Shown: in pieces, positions 28,172-32,000 of the stretch | Position numbering within the stretch: the stretch's first letter is position 1 | Layout: each line of letters starts with the position of its first letter | Assembly (NCBI RefSeq): GCF_000018105.1 | Contig: NC_009925.1 | Coordinates: forward strand, 5,430,001-5,462,000 | Length of the DNA stretch: 32,000 nt | Direction of reading: 5' to 3' | DNA from: Acaryochloris marina MBIC11017 | GTDB taxonomy: Bacteria > Cyanobacteriota > Cyanobacteriia > Thermosynechococcales > Thermosynechococcaceae | Notes under the pieces: generated by a model | Databases searched by the model: none | The model's input: the letters and a program-made list of their open reading frames with translations, nothing else | What the model was told of the DNA's origin: nothing | Position numbers and translations under genes: made by a program

Positions 28172-28705
28172 TTATGTTTGCCATTTCACACTAGATAAAT
28201 CCTGCAATCTCACTCCACCATGATTATCAGTAACAACCAGTTGAACGATACCTTTTTGGTTTTCAGAATTTAAAACAGTACATTTAATAAGATCACCTTG
28301 ATAGGCAATGATATCTGTTGAACCGCAATCAGGTTTAACAGATATCGACTCTGAAGAATTAAACTCTTCTTTAATTATTTGCTCCAGCTTAATAGACGAT
28401 AGCAAACCAGTTTTAACTTCCCAACTAACCTGATCTGCATCAGCATCTACAACAGCAGAAATTTTTATTTTCTTACCATCAACAGTCTCAAGATCACAAG
28501 AGAAACCGTTATCATCCTTATACTCAACATCTTCTGGACAAGCAACGAATTTCACTTCTATCCCTGTATCTGCTAAGAAGTATGATGCAATATCTGCTTC
28601 CACTACATCTGCATCCACGGTTGAGTTACAAGCTGACAAAAGGCTCAATACACTCAGAAACAAAAATGTTTTTAGAGTTGAATTCTTTCGTGTTTTATAG
28701 AACAT
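28172..28705 (-). CDS. Lipoprotein with two DUF4333-like repeats
   Basis: The signal peptide carries the lipobox LLSAC. It is followed by two similar modules, each with CP/DC...G..F/I.C...V......G pairs of Cys (VACPEDV...FSCDL and PDCGSTD...IKCTV). Confidence 0.65.
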   Translation of the reverse strand: MFYKTRKNSTLKTFLFLSVLSLLSACNSTVDADVVEADIASYFLADTGIEVKFVACPEDVEYKDDNGFSCDLETVDGKKIKISAVVDADADQVSWEVKTGLLSSIKLEQIIKEEFNSSESISVKPDCGSTDIIAYQGDLIKCTVLNSENQKGIVQLVVTDNHGGVRLQDLSSVKWQT

Positions 28706-29010
28706 TATTCATATATCCAAATATATTATCTGATATCAATTGAACAAAAATGCATCTGATTGTTGAAGCAATGACTTTACTTCCTCAATAGGCAATCAGG
28801 TATTAGTCGATCAAGAGGCTACATAAGACTGAGATCTTTTATCTGAATAGATTTATAAAAACTCACAAAAAAATCTTAAATGCTTATAAGAAAAAGTTTA
28901 TGAAGTTATTATTTTTGTACAGTTATCAGTGCCATCAATCATCCATTAGTTAGTTTTGACTTTATACATTAGAATGAGTATTTTTACCGAACCCCTATCA
29001 GAGATCACTA

Positions 29011-29122
29011 AGAGGCTGTTTGAAAAGGTCAGTCAGTAGTCTACAACCCTTGATATCTCGCTAGTAGACAGAGCATGAAATACATATTTTTCGTGGTAGA
29101 CAGGTCTTTTTAAACAGTCTCT
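29011..29122 (+). other. 112-nt extended hairpin / imperfect palindrome in an AT-rich intergenic region (candidate structured RNA or MITE-like element)
   Basis: AGAGGCTGTTTGAAAAGGTC (29011..29030) pairs with GGTCTTTTTAAACAGTCTCT (29103..29122). All four non-Watson-Crick positions are G:U on the plus strand and would be C:A on the minus strand. An inner GTCTAC (29039..29044) pairs with GTAGAC (29096..29101). Confidence 0.3.
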
Positions 29123-29308
29123 GAACCAAGTAGAAATATATTGGTCAATATTTTTTAATTGCTTGAAAAATCTTGTGCTAAATAGACAAGATATTGAAGT
29201 TTAAAACTACTGACAAAAATATATATTTTCCTCTAGATACAAAGGAAGAATTCACATCACATCTTTGCCCTTATCCTTCTTTAAGGAAGAATAAGAAAAC
29301 AATTATTG

Positions 29309-29348
29309 CAACTTTCCTCATTCTCCTTTGCGAGAATGAGGAAAGTTG
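29309..29348 (-). terminator. Rho-independent terminator of the 29350..29649 gene
   Basis: There is a perfect 17-bp stem, CAACTTTCCTCATTCTC (29309..29325) with GAGAATGAGGAAAGTTG (29332..29348), and a 6-nt loop. It begins 2 nt after the stop codon and is followed on the minus strand by a U-rich tract (...UUGUUUUCUUAUUCUU). Confidence 0.7.
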
Positions 29349-29349
29349 T

Positions 29350-29649
29350 CTATCGACTCAATCGAGCTGGCTCTACCCATTCATCCCAAGAACTATCATA
29401 ACCATCATAGGTGATGTAATAGACACCACCATCGAATGCTAATATTCTTCCGGGATACCACTTTCCTCTCCACAGAATATAGACTGATTCTCCTACCTGG
29501 TAAGCTGCACTATAAAGAACAGGTGTTGCTAATTCTAGCTCAGGATTTGCCTCAACTTGAGTTTCACTCGCACTTACGCTAGGAGAAAATACGCCCAAGG
29601 ATGCAGTTATTAATAGTAAAAATAATGTGATTCTCTTTTTCACTTGCAT
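29350..29649 (-). CDS. Secreted protein with Tudor/SH3-like beta-barrel domain
   Basis: The signal peptide is MQVKKRITLFLLLITASLGVFSPSVSA. It is followed by YQVGESVYILWRGKWYPGRILAFDGGVYYITYDGYDSSWDEWVEPARL, which matches the Tudor pattern (VG..v.a.W..g.WYpg.I...g..y.V.Y.GYg...e.V....L). The track start at 29694 would add 15 non-signal residues. Confidence 0.6.
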   Translation of the reverse strand: MQVKKRITLFLLLITASLGVFSPSVSASETQVEANPELELATPVLYSAAYQVGESVYILWRGKWYPGRILAFDGGVYYITYDGYDSSWDEWVEPARLSR

Positions 29650-30053
29650 AAAAATTTGTCGATCAACTCTATATATAGTGTTCCCCATATACATTTGACT
29701 TCAGACAAATAGTATTCAAATAGAAAGAGATTCTATTTTTTTAATTCACTCCTTTAAAATCGAATTTATCATTCAGCAAAAATACAATCCGAGGAATCAC
29801 CCGAAATTAGATAGTGTAGTTACAGTTTCTTCCTAGAATTGCAATATGAAGAAGTACAAAAATAATATTTTACTAGAGAATAATATAAAGATAATAATGT
29901 TTTTTGAAGTTCAACCATAGCTCAGAAGGCAAATATAGGTAAATGTCCCCTACCCAGATCTTCATTTGACCTCAAAAAATAAGACTATCGCTATTGAGAT
30001 TGTGATTGGCCTACTGAAGTTAGCTAGTCGTTTACTTAAAAGACCGCCTTGAT

Positions 30054-30392
30054 TCAGCTCCTTAGTTCAAGGGGTAAGGTGAATACCCCAGCTTCGGGCA
30101 TAAAAGGGAAAACTGTAATGATTGCTTTGAGCGGAATCATCCCATAAATATGTGGATACTGCTCTTCTCCACCTTCACAATTTTCATATCGCACCTCCAC
30201 ATCCAGGCATTGAGGATTGATTTCTATTAAGACTAAATCTTGCCGATTCTGAAACAGACGGTGAGCAACTTCTAGAACTTGATGCTGATCAGAGCAGTGA
30301 ATAAAGCCTTCATTCGCGAGAGATGAAGCTTTATACACCCCTGCTGCTTGGGCAGCCTGCCAATCGATTGCTTGAGCAATGTGAAAAATCAT
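30054..30392 (-). CDS. DUF952-family protein
   Basis: MIFHIAQAIDWQAAQAAGVYKASSLANEGFIHCSDQHQV...YPHIYG is typical of DUF952 proteins of about 112 aa. I prefer the internal ATG 30392 to the track start at 30491. Confidence 0.75.
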   Translation of the reverse strand: MIFHIAQAIDWQAAQAAGVYKASSLANEGFIHCSDQHQVLEVAHRLFQNRQDLVLIEINPQCLDVEVRYENCEGGEEQYPHIYGMIPLKAIITVFPFMPEAGVFTLPLELRS

Positions 30393-30657
30393 GGTTTTGA
30401 GCCTAGCATCAGTTCTGATGGGGAAGATCATACCCACTTTAAGGATAGATTTGTTCTCCCACAAAGTTAATCCTGATCTATTTCTGATCAAATCTCTCAG
30501 TATTCCTACCCTGAAGCCCCTGATTCACTCTGTTCAAAAGATCTGATTAGTCTTTGGGAAAATGATAGATTTTCTGCAATCAAACCGGATTGACCCAGTT
30601 CAGACAACAGTCCATGATAGAAATGGCATTTGGTTTCTTGGAGCGGAGATATCTTTG

Positions 30658-31218
30658 ATGAGTAAAAACCCATTTAAAGAACAATTTGACAAATGGTGGA
30701 GCTTAGTCACAGCTAAAGAGACTTGGGACCAATTCAAGCAGTTCTTCCTTCTTCTATGGGAGATCGGCAAAGAGACCTTTTTAATGATTGGCTACGTCCT
30801 TTTCTTAGTTGTAGCTGCAATAGGCTGGCTTGGAGATCGTGTAGACGATATATCCGACAGTGTGAAATCTTTTCAAAACAAAGCTAGCGAGACCGAAGAC
30901 GGCAATCTTGTAGCTGAAGCTGGGAAATCCTTGTTGCTAGCGACAAAGAAAGGGGCAGATAAAACCCTAGAGACAGCCAGAACCACCCTAGATATAAAAG
31001 TACCGGAAAAAAAAACTAAAGAGCCAGTAGCAGCCAAACCTGCAAGTAAGCCTGCCGCTGCACCGGCCCCAGCACCGGCTCCCAAAGCAGAAACCCCTGC
31101 TCCAGCGCCAGCCTCTACCCCGGCTCCAGCCCCCGCTAGCGAACCCAGTGCAGCTGAAGCTAGCAAGCCTGAAAGTTCAGGAGAAGAGGAAACTGTGCGA
31201 GTCGACGATCCTCAATAG
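30658..31218 (+). CDS. Single-pass membrane protein with Pro/Ala-rich C-terminal tail
   Basis: GGAG lies 9 nt upstream of ATG 30658. The TM segment is FLMIGYVLFLVVAAIGWL and the tail is KPAAAPAPAPAPKAETPAPAPASTPAPAPASEP. The track start at 30562 is less likely. Confidence 0.55.
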   Translation: MSKNPFKEQFDKWWSLVTAKETWDQFKQFFLLLWEIGKETFLMIGYVLFLVVAAIGWLGDRVDDISDSVKSFQNKASETEDGNLVAEAGKSLLLATKKGADKTLETARTTLDIKVPEKKTKEPVAAKPASKPAAAPAPAPAPKAETPAPAPASTPAPAPASEPSAAEASKPESSGEEETVRVDDPQ

Positions 31219-31257
31219 TTTTAGTTTTTAATTTCTTTTACATATACAAATAAAAGT

Positions 31258-31291
31258 AATCCCCTATTGGTTAATCAATAGGGGATTTTTT
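31258..31291. terminator. Bidirectional intrinsic terminator between convergent genes
   Basis: AATCCCCTATTG (31258..31269) pairs with CAATAGGGGATT (31276..31287) around a 6-nt loop. It is followed by a T-run on the plus strand and by a U-rich tract on the minus strand. The loop and right arm contain the Nudix gene stop codon and last codons. Confidence 0.7.
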
Positions 31292-31759
31292 GGGAATCCC
31301 ATCCTGATGGCTCTGAAAAACCATAAAATCCAACAAAATCTTCTGGTGGGGATAGGCTAAAGGAAATATACCTTGGGCTTTTTGAGAATACCGCTTGCTC
31401 TCTTGAATTTGTTGAGGAGAGAAGAACCCCCAATCCCACCCTTCCATGAGTTCCAAGTCCGAGAGGGAAACCGTAAGCGGAGCATAGTAAACATGACGAA
31501 CAACACCTGGATCGGGGTACAGATCAAATAGCTTGATATTAGAAGTCTGATAACCCAGTTCTTCTATCAACTCTCGATGAATGGCATCGTCAGGATGTTC
31601 ACCCGGATCGCAATGCCCACCAAAAAATCCCCAATGTCCTGGATAGGCAATCCCTGGGATATCATCTCGAAGCTGCATTAAGTACTGATCTTGTTGATAC
31701 AGGATTGCGATCGCAACGTCATGGGCATTGTCTTCAGAAGTCATGGGCATCTCCTGCAT
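31271..31759 (-). CDS. Nudix hydrolase
   Basis: The Nudix box GGHCDPGEHPDDAIHRELIEELG (GX5EX7REUXEEXGU) is present in a 162-aa ORF. Confidence 0.85.
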   Translation of the reverse strand: MQEMPMTSEDNAHDVAIAILYQQDQYLMQLRDDIPGIAYPGHWGFFGGHCDPGEHPDDAIHRELIEELGYQTSNIKLFDLYPDPGVVRHVYYAPLTVSLSDLELMEGWDWGFFSPQQIQESKRYSQKAQGIFPLAYPHQKILLDFMVFQSHQDGIPKKSPID

Positions 31760-32000
31760 AATTCCTGAAATCCTAGCTTAAAGCGGCAAACAACACAGGC
31801 ATTAGGCCATACAAAGCCCTAAATCTTTACCCCCTAATCTCTGAGCGAAATCCGGAACCAATCATTAGCGCCATTCGACGGTTATTTTAGGTATCCCATC
31901 CATTTCTCAATTCCCTGGATTGCAACCCCCTGAGCAAACTGGATTGCAGCCCATCTCTTATCGGGAAAGATGTATGCAACACCCCGCTAACTCTCGCCAA

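Noticed and set aside
29194-29442. 82-aa plus-strand ORF (TTG start)
   Set aside because: It runs through the strong minus-strand terminator hairpin and overlaps the 3' end of the Tudor-like gene. It is AT-rich with no SD.
31915-31952. Direct repeat CTGGATTGCA(A/G)CCC x2 with 24-nt period at the window edge
   Set aside because: There are only two copies, they are too short and too closely spaced for a CRISPR array, and no further units are visible. It could be an operator, but context beyond the window is missing.

Overview
This is a cyanobacterial chromosomal segment: it carries beta-carboxysome genes, NDH-1 CO2-uptake genes and at least 10 HIP1 octamers (GCGATCGC). The centre of the window (6.1-16.7 kb) is a carbon-concentrating-mechanism locus. 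A minus-strand ndhF-ndhD-cup operon (specialised CO2-hydrating NDH-1, D3/D4-F3/F4 class) diverges from a plus-strand ccmK2-ccmK1-ccmL-ccmM-ccmN-ccmO beta-carboxysome operon across a very AT-rich 0.73-kb control region. CcmM carries five RbcS-like (SSUL) modules. Housekeeping genes flank the locus: an alpha/beta hydrolase, aroB, an M23 peptidase and a membrane protein on one side, and purA and a SAM methyltransferase on the other. The right half is more accessory. It holds an overlapping TPR/pentapeptide-repeat pair of exported proteins and two tandem paralogous GNAT acetyltransferases with transmembrane helices inserted in the fold. It also holds a methylglyoxal-synthase/DAG-kinase-like fusion protein, a secreted protein extremely rich in His, Arg and Phe that sits divergent from an MFS transporter, and an AT-rich 2.7-kb patch encoding three exported or membrane proteins of unknown function plus a long structured intergenic element. 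DUF952, a Pro/Ala-tailed membrane protein and a Nudix hydrolase follow. I found no tRNA, rRNA, CRISPR array, transposase, integrase or recognisable defence genes. The dominant system here (CCM) is well described, and I see no clear-cut novel multi-gene system. The best candidates for undescribed biology are the MGS-lipid kinase fusion, the histatin-like secreted protein, the membrane-embedded GNAT pair and the AT-rich exported-protein patch. All of these rest on motif reading by eye and need database and structure checks.
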